Origin: the human T2T-CHM13v2.0 reference genome, Homo sapiens
NCBI RefSeq assembly: GCF_009914755.1
Contig: NC_060942.1
Strand: one strand, 5' to 3'
Length of the DNA stretch: 64,000 nucleotides
The notes beneath the pieces are model-generated. The model worked only from the letters and a program-made list of their open reading frames with translations. It made no database searches and had not been told where the DNA came from. The position numbers and the translations under genes are program-made. Shown in pieces: positions 1 to 17,116 of the stretch; positions within the stretch are counted from its first letter, which is position 1, and the number at the start of each line of letters is the position of its first letter.

Positions 1-2819
1 TGCGGGCGGTGACACAAGAAACCCTTACAAAGCACAATAGTAATTTTGATGATGAAGGAATTTGGGAGGGATTTCTACTCTGTCTGGAACATAGGGTAAA
101 AATTCCCAGAGATGCAGCATCTGAGCTGAGCCGTCCACGGTGGCCCAAACATCTCAGGCCAGCAGCAGGGCTGACGTGGGCCAGGGCTGGATCACGCACC
201 AGGCAGCTGGGCTAGAGATCAAGGGCCAACGCGGAGAGGGACTGGATGGGGTAATGGGCAGAACAGGCACTGTAAACAGTTGACATTTAACAGCAGAGAT
301 TCGATCATTTTCAAAGTGGGTGTTTTTGCCCTCGGAATCCAAGCTCTTGGTGAAACATCTAGCCTGCAGAACAGATGCAGACATCGCTACGTGAGAGGTG
401 CAGGTTCATTGCTGGAGACAAACACAGGCTTGGTGATTCCTTGGGAGTCTCCGCGTGGGACCCTCTCTTCTCCTGCTTCTGCAGTGCGCGCTCCCTGAAG
501 TCCCATTCTTGCTCTATGGCTTTCTTCCCATTTGGTCTCTAGGGGCTAGTCCAGCCAACTCCCTGGCTTCACAACCCCTGTCCTGCTGAGGGTTCCAGGC
601 CACCCGCCCTTCTTGAGCCCCTGCCCCTGTCCAGCTGCTGCTGAATGTCCCACGGGGACCGCAGACGACACAGTAGCTCGCACCTTCCCACGCGCTGCGC
701 ACACTCAGTGCACCGACCTGCGTTCTGCCTCATTTCATAGCTGAATACACAACCGTATCATCCATAAATAGGAACGCAGTGCTTGACGGTATACTTTTGA
801 GCTATAAAAACCTGCAGGATGGAGATGTGAATTTTTAAACGTATGAGCTTGAACCTATGAACGGGCTCCTTCTGCAGGTGGAGGATGGACAGCCAAGTCC
901 CGTGAGAAGGTCGGCAGTTCCCTCGGTTCCTCTCCTAGGCGCGAAGCTCCACTCCTCGTCAGCTTGAAAATTCCCCATCGTCGCTTCCACTTTCCAAACA
1001 GAAACACACCTGTGAAGCTGTTTTTCATGTGCGATCGCCCCTTGAGCTGTCTGATTTATGGCTGGCCCTCATCCTTTGGAATAAAGCAGCCCTCTGCACC
1101 TTCCCTGAAACGTGGAAAATTTTGTTAGAAAGTGGGACTAGCTCCCCGCGTGGAGTTTCTCTGTTTTCCGAGACGGCTTACTCGGCGCCTAGTGAGCCGG
1201 TGCTTCTGTTTTTGTCTCTACTCCGTGTTCTGAGTGCACCCATTTATTCCCAGATAGCGTTTATACTTACAGAGGAGACAGGCGAACACTAAAACACAGC
1301 AGAAATATGACGAAACACCCTGCAACCTTGTTTCTTTTGAGTTCCTATCGCTCACTTCAATCTATTCTAAAAATAAAGGACTTGTCAGGCCTAATGATAA
1401 GGGAGAGTTTTAGGGAAATAAAGAGAGCTGAACTGACACAGACATAATAATGTCAAGATATAAATCACAGAGTCCTTCTGCCATTTTCATTATCTGCCTC
1501 GGAGGATTACGGTGCTTGCTATAAATGAGACGCTATGGGGACTCTGCCCGTATATACCAGTCTAGATGCAGGGTCAACAGTGGGCAAGTTTTGCTTAAAT
1601 CCCAGCAGGCATTCTATATTTTAGTTTTGGGCATTTTGAAAAATTGCATTTGTTGTATTAATATCTATCTATTTATCTATCTATTTTCTTTTAGGAAAGA
1701 CAAACGGACTCAAATTAGAGTAACAATGAATCAAATTAGAGGAAAAATGAATTCTTAAGCAGATAAGAAAAAGCTTAAATGCATCATGATTAAACCATAT
1801 GTCTCACACCATCATCTCTTAAGTACTATAAATCTTTACAGATGCACAGATTTGTGGGTTCCAAAGTGCCCGTGAATCCTTCCTCTACTGCGACACTCAT
1901 CCTTTCCTGAGCCTTTCAAAATGGAAAACATTTTTTTCATGAATGTGAAAGTTTCTTTAGCAGAGTAACTTAAGATTACTCTTAAGAACCTTTCTTCCTT
2001 CCACCTTTATCAACTGATAATATTCTTATCACCTGAGATCTTCACCCATTCATTTGTTAATTGATTTATTTAGCTAAAATTTGTCTGCATTCTTCCCAAA
2101 TGTCCAGCCTTGTGCTAATCTTCTGGACAAAGAATTAGGAATCATTTCTGTTGATGTCAAAGAGTTTTGATAGTTAGAAAAGAACAGCCCTAAAATGATT
2201 AAGAATATTTAGTTATTTCACTTCTACACTCACCTGAAAGTTAGAGAATATTTTTTCCCTGTTTCATGTTTTCTCCCAGGAAATTAAACATATTTTGTGT
2301 TGGACGGAGCGCCTACTGTGGCTTAGATTCCAGCAACCTGATTGTGAATAAACCTGATGAATGCTAAGTTTTTAAAAGTTATTGTTTATTACATAGTTGA
2401 ATCTTTCAGAATATATTTAAACCACATTACATTTATCAAAAAAGTTAAATAAATTTGAAATGTATATGAATCTGTGGTGGCATTAAAGCTAATGAGTATT
2501 TAGTGAGAAAGCTTTGATACCAGTACAAGAATGCTTTAGCACCATAGTAGTTTAAATATTGAAAGATTTTTTTAAAAAGAAATGTGAACATTTTAGGAAC
2601 ATTAAGAGGTACTTATTTACTAATCGTCCTCATTGTGTAGTCTAGAGAGGATGTTTATTATAAGTAGTTATGGCTTGACCATATGTGTGCTTTAGCTATA
2701 ATGATTGTTCCTAAATAAGAGTTGCTGTATTTAAAAATAAATAAAACATAAAGCCTTTGCTTGTTCTGCTCTGGTCATCTCTCTCTCTTTATGCTTATTC
2801 ACGTATGCCTGTTCCTTCA

Positions 2820-2901
2820 TACACGTGCACACACATGTGCACACATGGCACACACACACACGTGGACACACATGCACACACACACATGCACACACACGCA
2901 C
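2820..2901. repeat. Degenerate (CA)n-rich simple repeat
   Basis: Run of cacacatg/cacacaca units; source of the His/Thr and Val/Cys-rich ORFs. Confidence 0.85.
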
Positions 2902-3339
2902 CAGACAAGAGAAGTGTACACAGACCTGATTTTTCTCTGTGACCCTTGAAATTTCTACCTCGGAGCTTTTCATATTCTAGGAATTCATAAATATTTCTGT
3001 TTCGAGTTGAATTAAAATTGATTCTGCTCTGTGGCTAATTTTGGCCTTGCTAAGCTAAGTCACTTAGCATGCAGAGCACTCCTGTGTGACTGGGCTGGCA
3101 CCAATTTGTTGTTTACTGATTTACGCTAATTCAAACAGTTTATAATATGTCACAATTTTTCCAGGGGTTATAGAAGAGATGCTTCTGGGAGGCTTGCACA
3201 GCCACTGATAATTAGTACATTAGCCCTTAGGTTGTTTGCTCTTTTTGTTTCTGCAAAGGGGGAAAAAAACCACCAAAACACCTGGATATGTTTTTTTAAA
3301 AAAACTTAGATATTTACACAAAAAGCAAATACATTTAAG

Positions 3340-3492
3340 TACGCATGCAAACACACACTGGCACACACTCACATACCCTGCACATGCCAACATACACAAA
3401 CACACACACTACTATAATGCACTCACACACATACACACACAAGCACATGTACACACTTGCACACATGCACCTGCTTACATACAGGCACACAC
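3340..3492. repeat. Degenerate (CA)n-rich simple repeat
   Basis: acacac/catacac/tgcac units over about 150 bp. Confidence 0.8.
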
Positions 3493-5452
3493 CTCTCTAC
3501 AAACTGGCGACCTTCTGATTTTTACACAAGGATTGAAATCACTATGCAAGCCTAGACTGACAAAGTAAAACCCATGATTTCATGTTGCGTCAATTTCCAA
3601 GTAAAGCATCTCTCACACACACGATAACAAATAACCAAGATTTTGTTTGTCTGTTTTGCTTGATTAGACCCTCTCTTCCATTACAAAATGATGGTTCCTT
3701 CCGTTGGTCTTAGTTATGAAGCATCATTGCTAGGTTCTTCCTTGGCTCAATCACACCTACTGATTTAATAAATTAATATGCACATAGGGTCTCGTAACAA
3801 GCCTAGCTGGTGAGATGATTAAAACAAGTAATCCTTTGCTAAGTTTCTGCATTCGGAAAGGAAAGGTGTGAAAATGCATTGGAAAACAAATCGTAAACAA
3901 ATGACAAGACAATGTGTGACACTAAAAATAATGTTCTGTTTGTTCATTTTTGTCTAGAAAAACTATTCAGGAAGAAAAATAACTTTAATTTTGTGACAAG
4001 CACTTTTTAAAAGATGTGATTCTAGTTTGTAATTGCCAAGAAACATACATATTCCTCCTCTAGAGATCTATTTCATGGGGAAATGTAGCAAACTCATAAT
4101 TGCCACTTAAACACCACGGCCACCTCCTATGTGCAACCACCTCTGCGTGCTGCTGCCTTTCAAGGCCTGGATCGCTCATTTCTATCAGAAGCTGTTACTC
4201 TTTCTTATCAAAGCTATGGAGCTGAATACAAAAACAGTTTGTTTAAATTATGATATCAAAACTTTTAGCTAATTCAACAGTGAAGACAACTTTCACCAAA
4301 GCAATGCTTATCTCTTGACTTCTTAAAACCATTTAAAAATATATTCAGAAATCCTTTAAATGCAAATTTTAAAAGACATAGGACACAGACTGAATTTCCA
4401 TGAGGTCCGGCCACTCTGGAATCCCCTGGAAAAATAATACGATACACCAATATCAAAAATATTTCTTAATGTTTTTATCACCGGTCATTTGTCAAAAGAT
4501 TTCAAAGATGCTTTTAAATAAGTATCACGAAATTTCAAAATTTATACATAAATACGAATTGTAACCCTCATATGTATTGTTCACTGGTGGTATAGAATAT
4601 TTAAATCTAGGAATTTTAAAAACAAAGATCTTGTCTTGCAAGCTGACATCCAAACCTCCTTCCCCAGACCCACTGTCTGGTGATCTGTGGGCTGGAGGCT
4701 TAGCCACCTTCGTCAGGTTTAAACTGCTACGGAGACCTCTTATGGCTTGCTAGAAGCAGATTCACTTCCTACATTTAATAAAAGAGCCTGAATCCTGCTG
4801 TGAATGTATTTTCTGAATTCTTATGCTGTTTCTAAAACATTAGCAATTGCTAATAGTCATATAGCTCAGAGAGGTTGTGGGAGCTCCTCAGGACACACAG
4901 CACCAGAGTAGCAATCTGGAAAGACTTCAATTCTCCCTGAATCTGTGAAGGAGAAGATGTAAGCCACTTGTCAGCTCCTGAAGGAAGGAGGGAAGCAAGA
5001 AAGGGAGGCAGGGAAGGGAAATGGTGATGGGAAGAAGAAATGAAGTGGGTAGGGCAGGGGAAAAGGGGGCAAAGGAGCAAGCATGGCTCCGATCCGTCGT
5101 CCCCTCCCTGACGGGGCTCATGGCTCCATGTCGGAGCAGATAACAAGAGTCACAATGTAAAACTGCCTGACTTTTATTTCTGCCTTTCCAAGCTATTGGC
5201 TCCTTCACTAATAATCGGGATTTATTACCAGACCCATCTGCTGCCTCTACAAGGTCAAAAGGTAAACCGCAGGCACGGCTGATGTCACCATCAAGGTGGC
5301 TGCTCGCAAATGGACCCTGACAAGTGTACTTTTAAGAGAATATTGTTGCCAGGGCTCTGCGGGCATGAAAGGCACGCTGATGAAGAAAATAAACCTAAAA
5401 TACGAAAAAGGTGTTGAGTTTAACCCATTGATCCGCATGACCAGGGCTGTCA

Positions 5453-6252
<800 letters not shown>

Positions 6253-7167
6253 TCAGATACAGCTCTCTTTCCCAGCGGAGATGGAGAACTTACCCTGAGG
6301 TTTCAGACCAAATTAGAGGCCAGCCTGGAGCTGCAAACTTGCTCTCAGCTGGTGCTTCCTGGAGATTTTCTGCTCCCACAGAGCATCACCAGAAACAAGC
6401 CTGGGTGGCCACACACCCATCCATTCTTACCTATCTTCTATTCTCTAGGGCAGTCATTGCCGGCATCATTTTCTTTTGTGTTTCCACCTTCATTCCAGGA
6501 ACTCAGCAGAGACAGGTGTTTGTTGCCCATGTATAAAGGCTAAATCCCACGCACCCCAATAAAACAGAGGCCACGCTCTTTCCCTCAGGGTGACTTTGCC
6601 CTTCCTAGACCTCATGTCTTCAGGTGCTGATTTCATTGAAAGGCACCCTCCACCTGAGTGGTTATTAGAGTGTGGCACACCGGGCTGCCCCTTGGTTGTG
6701 GCTAGTTATGACCTGCATTGGAGGATGGCAGTGAGGAGTAAACATCTGTCCTTAAAACGAGGAAATGAGGGAAAAACACCAGGTGACCAGCAGTTGGTTG
6801 TACACGGCGTCAGCAACACGGGGCTTGATACAGCTCCATGCGTGGCACATCGCAAGCACCTGAGAAACGGCAGCGCCCGTGCCAGGACCGTTTCTAGCTC
6901 TACACAATTTCCCAGATTCATCACCCAGTTCTCAACACAGTTCTTGTTTCACAAGATCAACAAGTGTGAGTTTTGTCTTCCATGGAAGGTACCATTTGTG
7001 ACTTGACTTTCCCTTATCTTGCTTCTCCTTGGACTTGTATCAAGAGAGATTTACAGAATGATTGATTTGAATTGTTGCCAAGGTTGGTGGAAGGTCCTTT
7101 CATAACTGCCTGGATGGGTGGCCTCATTCTGACCTTCTCCTTTGCCACCCTCTCACCGCCCTCCACA

Positions 7168-7168
<1 letters not shown>

Positions 7169-7210
<42 letters not shown>
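7169..7210. repeat. (AC)21 microsatellite
   Basis: Perfect dinucleotide run. Confidence 0.98.
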
Positions 7211-7213
<3 letters not shown>

Positions 7214-7356
7214 CTGGGGACTTGCACAGGGTTTCAGGCCAGGGGCCCTAGTGGGTGCAGCTAATGCCCCAGAGCCCCCAAGATCTGATGGCTACAAATG
7301 AATAGGTGAGGTGTGCCCTTTCACCGGAAGTCAAGGGATAAGTGTCTTTAGCTCCT

Positions 7357-7710
7357 TGTATTAGTCTGTTCTCATATGGCTAACAAGGACATACCCGAGA
7401 CTGGGTAATTTATAGAGGAAATAGGTTTAATGGACTCAGTTCCTCATGGCTGGGGAGACTTCACAATCATGGTGGAAGACGAAGGAAGAGCAAAGGCACA
7501 CCTTACGTGGAAGCAGGCAAGAGAGGGTGTGCAGGGGAACTCCCATTTATAAAACCATCAGATCTTATGAGACTTACTCACTACCACTACAACAGCGTGG
7601 GGGAAACTGCCCCCATGAGTCAATTATCTCCACCTGGCCCTACCCATGACACATGGGGGTTATTACAACTCAAGGTGAGATTTGGGAGGGGACACAGCCA
7701 AACCATATCA
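7357..7710 (-). mobile_element. THE1-family (THE1B-like) MaLR solo LTR
   Basis: tgtattagtc...gacatacccgagactgggtaatttata...ccaaaccatatca is the reverse of the THE1 consensus; near-perfect 5-bp TSD ctcct/cttct. Confidence 0.92.
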
Positions 7711-9749
7711 CTTCTTCAGCTGACTTGTGGGTTGCTATTTATGACAAATTATCTTAGGAATTAAATACCAGTTTATGAATATTGCACCGTTAGGGCATTA
7801 TCTTTTGCCAGCTTTCCTGCTCACCACTCCCTTGTCCTTTATTCCGAATGTGGACACATGGGTAGGAGGCCTGCAAACCCGTGATGACATTTCTCAGTGT
7901 GTGGGGCCATCTTGGATCCTGGCAGTGGATGAGAAAGGCGTGAAATGGCAAGGAACGGCGATGGTCAACTGAACAGTGCATGGTTGTCCGTGGGTTGAGG
8001 AAACGTGATGTCCGTGGATGTTGTTTGCTCTTTTCCAAAGATGCAAATGCTGCTGTGAATACGGAACCACAATTTGACCTAAAGACATGTCTGCACTCAC
8101 ATGCCAAAATAGTTTGTCATTTGCTGTCCTTTGATAATTCCATGTAAAAGACTATCTCACAGGTAGCCTAGAGATGTTTGACACAAAACCAAAAGATGAG
8201 GAAGGGCCACCCCAAAGAACTCAGGTACGAAGGAGCTACACTAGGAACCTTGCTGGTAGGTTCTGACGTGGATGGAAGTCAGCAACCAGTTCACGCCTCT
8301 CAAGCCAAAACTGGAGACAGAACAAAGAACTGCTTCCTCTCGTTCCTGATATAATTTTTCTGACAATATTCTAAAGCCCACAGAAACTTAGTCATTAAAT
8401 GGATCTTTCTCACACAAAATTGCCAAGTTTACTTTAGGGGAGATTAAACATTAATTGCATAGATATGTATAGACGTCATGTATATTCTAATACGTGTATA
8501 TACAATCATATATGACTTTAAATTTCACACATATATATGTCATTCTGCTGAGAATGGCCTAATTGAGGCACTTTGTGATGTATGTCAGTGGACATTAGTT
8601 GCCACATAGAATTTCCATACAGGACTTTTTTTCTATTTATACTGTTTTCAAATGAATTCTTTTTATAGCACTCATACATTTATATGTTATGTAAAACAAG
8701 TATCATGCCCCTTTTGTTGGATAGAAAAGGTACTGAATCCACCTCAGATTGCACAAGGCCCTGATTCAGACCCGGGGGTTAGAAGGGGCAGACCCATGGA
8801 CATGGCAAGAGGCTTCAGATCCACCAGAGCCAAGGGGCTGTGGGACAGATGTGGACATCCCAGGTAAAGGCGATGCCTCAGAAGAGGTTCTGCAGTTCCT
8901 GACTTCATTTCTTTGACCTTTTGAAGGGCAGCAGCCAGTAGCTCCAATGGGTAATAGAGGCTTAGCCCAGAGAATGGAGACAGAACTCAGAGCAGCCTGC
9001 AGGGACAGGTTGCCTCCCACACCGTCCACAGCCTCCCAAGCTCCCCGGGCTCCCCGGCCTCCCACACCATCCGCCCCACTTCTCCTCACTGCCGGGCCCA
9101 CGAAGCATCTCTTCAAACCCCCAGCTGCCTGCAATGACCCTCTCACCACCTTGGTGGAGTGGGGTCTCACCAGGGAAACTAGCCAGGGGTTCAGCTTCTA
9201 ATCCATGAAATTACACATTTTACATTCTTACGTTAGCAGGCCTAGGTTCCATCTGCTGCACAAACGGGAAGCATCATTTAGTTCCTAGCTACTTGTTCTA
9301 TATAGAGCAGCTTTTATTTTTTCTAAATAACACAATGTATTTTAATGACCATTAATCTATTATTCCAACTCAGTGACGTCTTAACGTTTGTGTTCAGTCC
9401 ATAAAGAAAATGAGTAACTCCAATATGTGTGAACGAGAACAAGTAACATGTCTAAGCAGTGATACAATAACATATTTGAACAAAAGTAAAAATGGTCCAG
9501 ATATTAATTTCTGAGATGGGGAATTCTGTTGGTTTTTGAAAGATCCCAGTGTGTCAGAAAGCAGGACTGCCAAATTTTCAAGTTTTCATCCCTTTTGCAT
9601 GAACTTTACTGGAAAGAGGGAGGGCTAAACTTAGTAGTAAGAAGGAGCTGACAACTGACAGAGACAAGTCTCTAGTGGAGACTTTTAATCCCCAATGAAC
9701 TGGGCTAACCACCAGCGTTTGTCATGCCCAAGTCTGCTATTCAACTTTC

Positions 9750-10083
9750 TTTTCTTTTTCCTTTTCTTTTTTTTTTTTTTTTTTTTTTTTTGAGACAGAG
9801 TCTCACTCTCTGCCACCCAGGCTGGCAGGCTGGAGTGCAGTGGCGTGATCTTGGCCTACAGCAACCTCTGCCTCCTGGGTTCAAGAGATTCTCCTACCTC
9901 AGCCTCCTGAGTAGCTGAGATTACAGGCACGTGCCACCTCGCCCAGCTAATTTTTGTATTTTTGGTAGAGACAGGGTTTCACTATGTTGGTCAGGCTGGT
10001 CTTGAACTCCTGACCTCAGGTGATACACCCGTCTCTGCCTTCCAAAGTGTTTAGATTACAGGCATGAGCCACCACGCATGGCC
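9750..10083 (-). mobile_element. AluS SINE
   Basis: Poly-T then gagacagagtctcactc...cctgacctcaggtgat...gagccaccacgcatggcc; internal 8-bp duplication caggctgg at about 9818-9833. Confidence 0.97.
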
Positions 10084-10680
10084 TAAACTTTCAAGTTTAG
10101 AGGCAGAAAAGATTTCTTGCTGTCTGCAACCAAGGAATGCATAGACCTGCACACACACTGGAAAAGGTGTACAATAAGGGAACGCACACAGGGGAGGGAA
10201 CGCACGTGGATCGTTACTCTTCTCACAACCACGGCTCTTCCCTGCCTGTAAGTGCATGCATGTGACTTATTAACAAAATGTAATTGTTTGTGATTCGGAG
10301 GCTCCTGGGTTCAAATCGCCTTGTGTCTTTGTTCTTGTGTTTTATACTACTTGGGAGGATTTTGGGTTTTTTCTTCCCAGTCTGACGAGTGTTTTCTGTG
10401 CTCTTCCTGGAGTCTAAAAAAGAATCTCTCAAGTCTATTTGCTCTCCTTCCACCATGGCAAATATCAGTTTAGCTAATGAGGCACAGGTGTAATTGTAGG
10501 CATTCCTTCAAGAATTCTTCAGCTATGAATCTGCCTCCGATTATGCAGTGCGGTTCCATAATTGCACTTTGCTGGGAAAATTCACAGCTCCAGAGGTCCT
10601 CATGCCTGTGCTTTGCCGGTGTGGTGGGCGCCTGGGCCACGTGTTAGTACACTGAGATGCAGGAAATAAAAACAAGCCCA

Positions 10681-10779
10681 GCCCTGGGCTCAGGGCCCCT
10701 GTGCTGTGCTCCTGCCCTGGGCTGGGGGCCCCTGTGCTGTGCTCCTGCCCTGGGCTCGGGGCCCTGGCACTGTGCTCCC
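10681..10779. repeat. 33-bp GC-rich minisatellite, 3 copies
   Basis: gccctgggctNNgggcccctgtgctgtgctcct at 10681, 10714 and 10747 (third copy diverged). Confidence 0.93.
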
Positions 10780-11247
10780 GCTTTGCTCCATTCTGTTGCT
10801 CCGTTTCAATCAGATCCGGTTTCCACACTTGCAAAGAGCATTACTTTGAGAAGAAATGGCACAGTTGATCAATTTCTTTCCTCCCCATCAATCACTTGGG
10901 TGAGAGGGGACTGTCCTTCCTCCAGTTCTCCAGCCACGTGTGGTCTTGGTGCTGAATGTTGATGATTTGGTTTTGGGTGAATTCCAAACCATCATTTTCA
11001 AGTAATTTCTGTATGAACCAAACACCTGCATTGCACCTCCACCCGTGGCTTGTTGGGGGAAAGTACCAGATGGGTCAGATTCTGTGACCACCCACTGAAG
11101 TTTGAGCAGAACTGGAGAGCAGGTGGATTAAATCTGGGGGGTGACTCCAGCACATCTCTAATGAACACTTCTTAACATTTAATTTCAAAGGGCCTGGTGA
11201 CCCTCGGATGTGTCAGTGTGGAGAAGAGATAGGTATCCATAGCCTTG

Positions 11248-11329
11248 ATTAGGATCACATGCCAGTTACCCAGAAATATAACAGCTCAATTAGGATCACA
11301 TGCCAGTTACCCAGAAATATAACAGCTCA
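11248..11329. repeat. Perfect 41-bp tandem duplication
   Basis: attaggatcacatgccagttacccagaaatataacagctca twice. Confidence 0.97.
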
Positions 11330-11654
11330 GCTCAAAAGTTTTAATTATTTTAAAGCATCACAACATATCAAAACACGGTGTCTCTTCTGTCTGTGATCAA
11401 CTCATTATTCAACATAAAGACAGGAATAAAAAGCATTCTCTGAATCAGTGAAAATACGACATGGCTAACGTGTTATATATTATTTTATTATATGCAAAAG
11501 TTGAATTTGTAAAAGCTAATTTTATATTAAGTCATATTTGAAAGGAAAGGTCAAATTTGAAGCAAATGTAGATTTTTGTGGGTTTGGTGGTATTCACTGG
11601 AAAATATTGTTAAATAATATTGCAATAAAATTAGCCCCACGTACTTAACTTCTT

Positions 11655-11960
11655 CTTTTTAGCTTTATGGAAGTACAAGCGGGTGAATAAAAATTCTATA
11701 TATTTAAGGTATACAGTGATGTGATATAATTCCACATTGTGAAATGATTATCATAATTGCTAATTAATTCATCCTTCATCTCACAGGCACTTTTTTTTTT
11801 AATGAGGATGCTTAAAATCTGCTCTGTCATCAAACTTTAAGCACACAGAGTTGTGTTACTGCCACCAGGCTGTACCTGAGGCCTCCAGAACGCACTCATC
11901 TTCACCTGGAAGTCTATGCCCTTTGACTGGCATCCGTCGGTTTCCCTGTTCCCAGCCCCT
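11655..11960 (-). mobile_element. Old L1 (L1MA-type) 3' end fragment
   Basis: agctttatggaagta...tatatttaaggtatacag...cattgtgaaatgatta...cttaaaatct resembles an antisense L1MA 3' UTR. Confidence 0.7.
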
Positions 11961-12541
11961 ACTTTTTGATGTAGGACTAAGGCCTTTATTTTTCAAAGAA
12001 GTAATCTTCAAATTAATTTATTGCATAAAGCACAGCTACAATGCAGCCTCTGTCGCTTCCTCCTCTATATTCACACAGGAGAAAGGTCTCGAAAATTCAG
12101 CAAGCTGTGACTATTAGTGAGGATGTTCCGTGGGAAAAAAAGAGCATTAATGAATCACCGCGAGTCAGACAAGTGTGCGTCAGTGAGGGAGGTGCTCTTC
12201 CCCAACTCGGATTTATTTATTTTTGTAAAGTTAAATCACTCCTTCAGTCACCCCTTTGGCAGAGTGATGCCGTCAGCAACTTCATGACAGCTTCGAGTCT
12301 TTATGTGAATGACACATATTATCAAATGGTCCTAATGAAACCGATGGGGACTCCATTTATTACCTTTAGTGTGGCAAATACATGTACATGAAATTGAAAA
12401 TTTTATTATTTTAATGCTGTTAATAATATATCCCTAATAGAATTACACATGCAAAATAAGAAGTGCCTTTGAAGTAGTAAGCCTATGCATATTTCTGTGT
12501 AACATGGAGTAAAAATGGAGTAATGCCCTTACTATTTCTGA

Positions 12542-15000
<2,459 letters not shown>

Positions 15001-15087
15001 GAGTTTGAGCTCAGCTATTCAGCCTTCTAGACCATGAAACCTCTAAATATGAAAATGCCTAGGGGGATTGGCTATGTGCCTGAGGAA

Positions 15088-15183
15088 GGCCCCTTCCCTC
15101 TAGTGGGTCTTGGTCTCCTATGCACTGTCCAACTGGGCCCCTTCCCTCTAGTGGGTCTTGGTCTCCTATGCACTGTCCAGCTG
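15088..15183. repeat. 48-bp tandem duplication
   Basis: ggccccttccctctagtgggtcttggtctcctatgcactgtcca(a/g)ctg twice, 1 mismatch. Confidence 0.96.
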
Positions 15184-16169
15184 CAAGATTTCCCACCGTG
15201 TCTTTGGGACATTTCTGAGTAGCTCCTAGCGCCCTGCAAGGCTCCAGATCTCAATGCATGGCCTTGGAGTGGGGGGACTGGCGTGAGCTTGGGAGTCCCT
15301 GGGTTCATCCCACCATGTGGCCACTGCAGCCATGGGAAGTGCTCACTCTACCTGCTTCTCTGTGCCTTGAAGAGTCCCTGCCCCTGATCAGAATCAGCAC
15401 ATTCCCCCAAGGAGGGTCCTTTGACGTCTGTCTGAATGTGACCACTGCGTCCCTTCCATCCCTGGTTGTGGCAGCAGGAGTGCTGGCTGGCAGAGGCAGA
15501 GTACTGCTGCCTCTATTCGTTTATTTTCTTCACTTTCCCAAAATGGCTATTCGGCATCTTTTACAGCTATCAAAAGCCACATTTTCATAAGATATATTTA
15601 CATTTATGTGCTAACAAAATGATTTTCATATGAAACAAACATTCAGACACAAGAAATTGCCCTTTCAATGATGGGGATTTCTTCTATTTGCATGTAACAG
15701 CTATTTTTCTTAGTAATTTTAGCAGTTGTTCATTTTTCTTTTTTAAGTTCAGCTTAGGGAAGTAGTTCTCACATGTAATCCCAGAGATTTGTTTGTAAAC
15801 AACAACAAGAGAAAGCACAAATATTAACCCCTTGATGAAAACCCTTCTGTTGTTCTGCAATCCCTGAATTATAAAGTGGAAATCCTGAATGTGGCATCAA
15901 TATTCTCTCACATTCTAGCCCCAAACTCCTGTTTCCAGTGCTATTTCTCTGCATTGCCTCACTGCAGTCTGAGGCTTTCCCAGATTTTGGTGTCATTTTC
16001 CCCTCTATGCCCCTGTGCACGTTGCTGGCTGCACTCCGTGGTGCTTCTCATTATTGTGTCCAATAAACTCTTATATGGTCTTCAAGGTCAAGGTCAACTG
16101 CCCCTTCTCTGTAATGCATTTCCAGTTTAGACAACATCTAACCATTCTTTCTTCTGCCATTCAATTTCT

Positions 16170-16572
16170 GATATCCATTCAACTAGCAAATATGTGTTGA
16201 CCTTCTTCAAATGGCACTGCTCAGGGTGGCAGGTCCAGGTGGGAACCACACTGATGTGGCCCTTTAGCTACCTGTGCTTATGTTCTAGGGTTACAGGAAA
16301 TAAATAGGTAAACACACACAAATTCATGTGTAATAAGGTATATGAGGACAAATCAAGTAAAGAATGGAGTATTGAGGTTGGAAGCCATTTAAATAAGGTG
16401 ATCAAGAATGCATTCCTTAAAAAGGTAAAATTTGAGCAGAGAATTGAATAACATGAGTGAGTAAATTATCTGAAAACCCAAGGGAAAGCATTCCAGACAG
16501 AAGTGGATGACAGAAACTTTCTGAGACTGAGAGAGGAGTGAGCTGAGTAGGTGAAGGCACAGATGAGAGGCC
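16170..16572 (-). mobile_element. L2 LINE fragment
   Basis: cattcaactagcaaatatgtgttga...tttgagcagaga...gggaaagcattccagacagaag is typical antisense L2 3' text. Confidence 0.7.
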
Positions 16573-16576
16573 AACG

Positions 16577-16927
16577 GGGCTACAGGGAGGAGGAGGAGGG
16601 GCAGGTGAGGGGTCTATGGGGAGGGAGGAGGTTAGGAGGAAGGAAGAGGAGGGGTAGGGGAGGGGCCTATGAGGCCAGAGGGAGGAGGAGGAGGGCAGGT
16701 GAGGGGCTTATGGGGCCAGAAGGAGGGAGGAGAAGTAGGGCAGGTGAGAGACCTACAGGGTGGAGAGAGGGAGAAGGAGGAGGGCAGGGGAGAGGCCTAT
16801 GGGGAGGGGGGACAAGGAGCGGAAGATGAGAAGCCTATGGGGCCGGAAGGATGGAGGAGAAGGAGGGCAGGTGAGAGACTATGAGGCAGAGGGAGGTAGG
16901 AGGAGAGGGGACTGCATGGGGCAGGGG
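16577..16927. repeat. G-rich degenerate minisatellite (about 8 units of 40-50 bp)
   Basis: Recurrent ggagg-agggcaggtgag-ggcctatgggg core; strongly purine-rich + strand. Confidence 0.85.
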
Positions 16928-17116
16928 CAGCAGATCTGTTTCCTGTGGATCTTGTGGGTGGGGTTAGGGCTCTCTGTGTTTCAGTTTAGAGGTTGGGAAC
17001 TTATCACAGGTTTGTGCACAGATGAGAAGTTACTTGTTTTGTGTTTGGAAAGGTCCATGTAGGGGAGAGAGGGTGGAATACGTCAGCTATGTATTGTCAT
17101 TACTGACCGAGCGATA

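Noticed and set aside
7894-8100. Short peptide WKRANN reminiscent of a small human membrane protein
   Set aside because: Similarity is limited to about five residues and the flanks do not match; no gene symbol assigned.
11086-11094. Perfect GLI site GACCACCCA (second copy at 39673-39681)
   Set aside because: Two isolated 9-mers in 64 kb is close to chance and they are not clustered.
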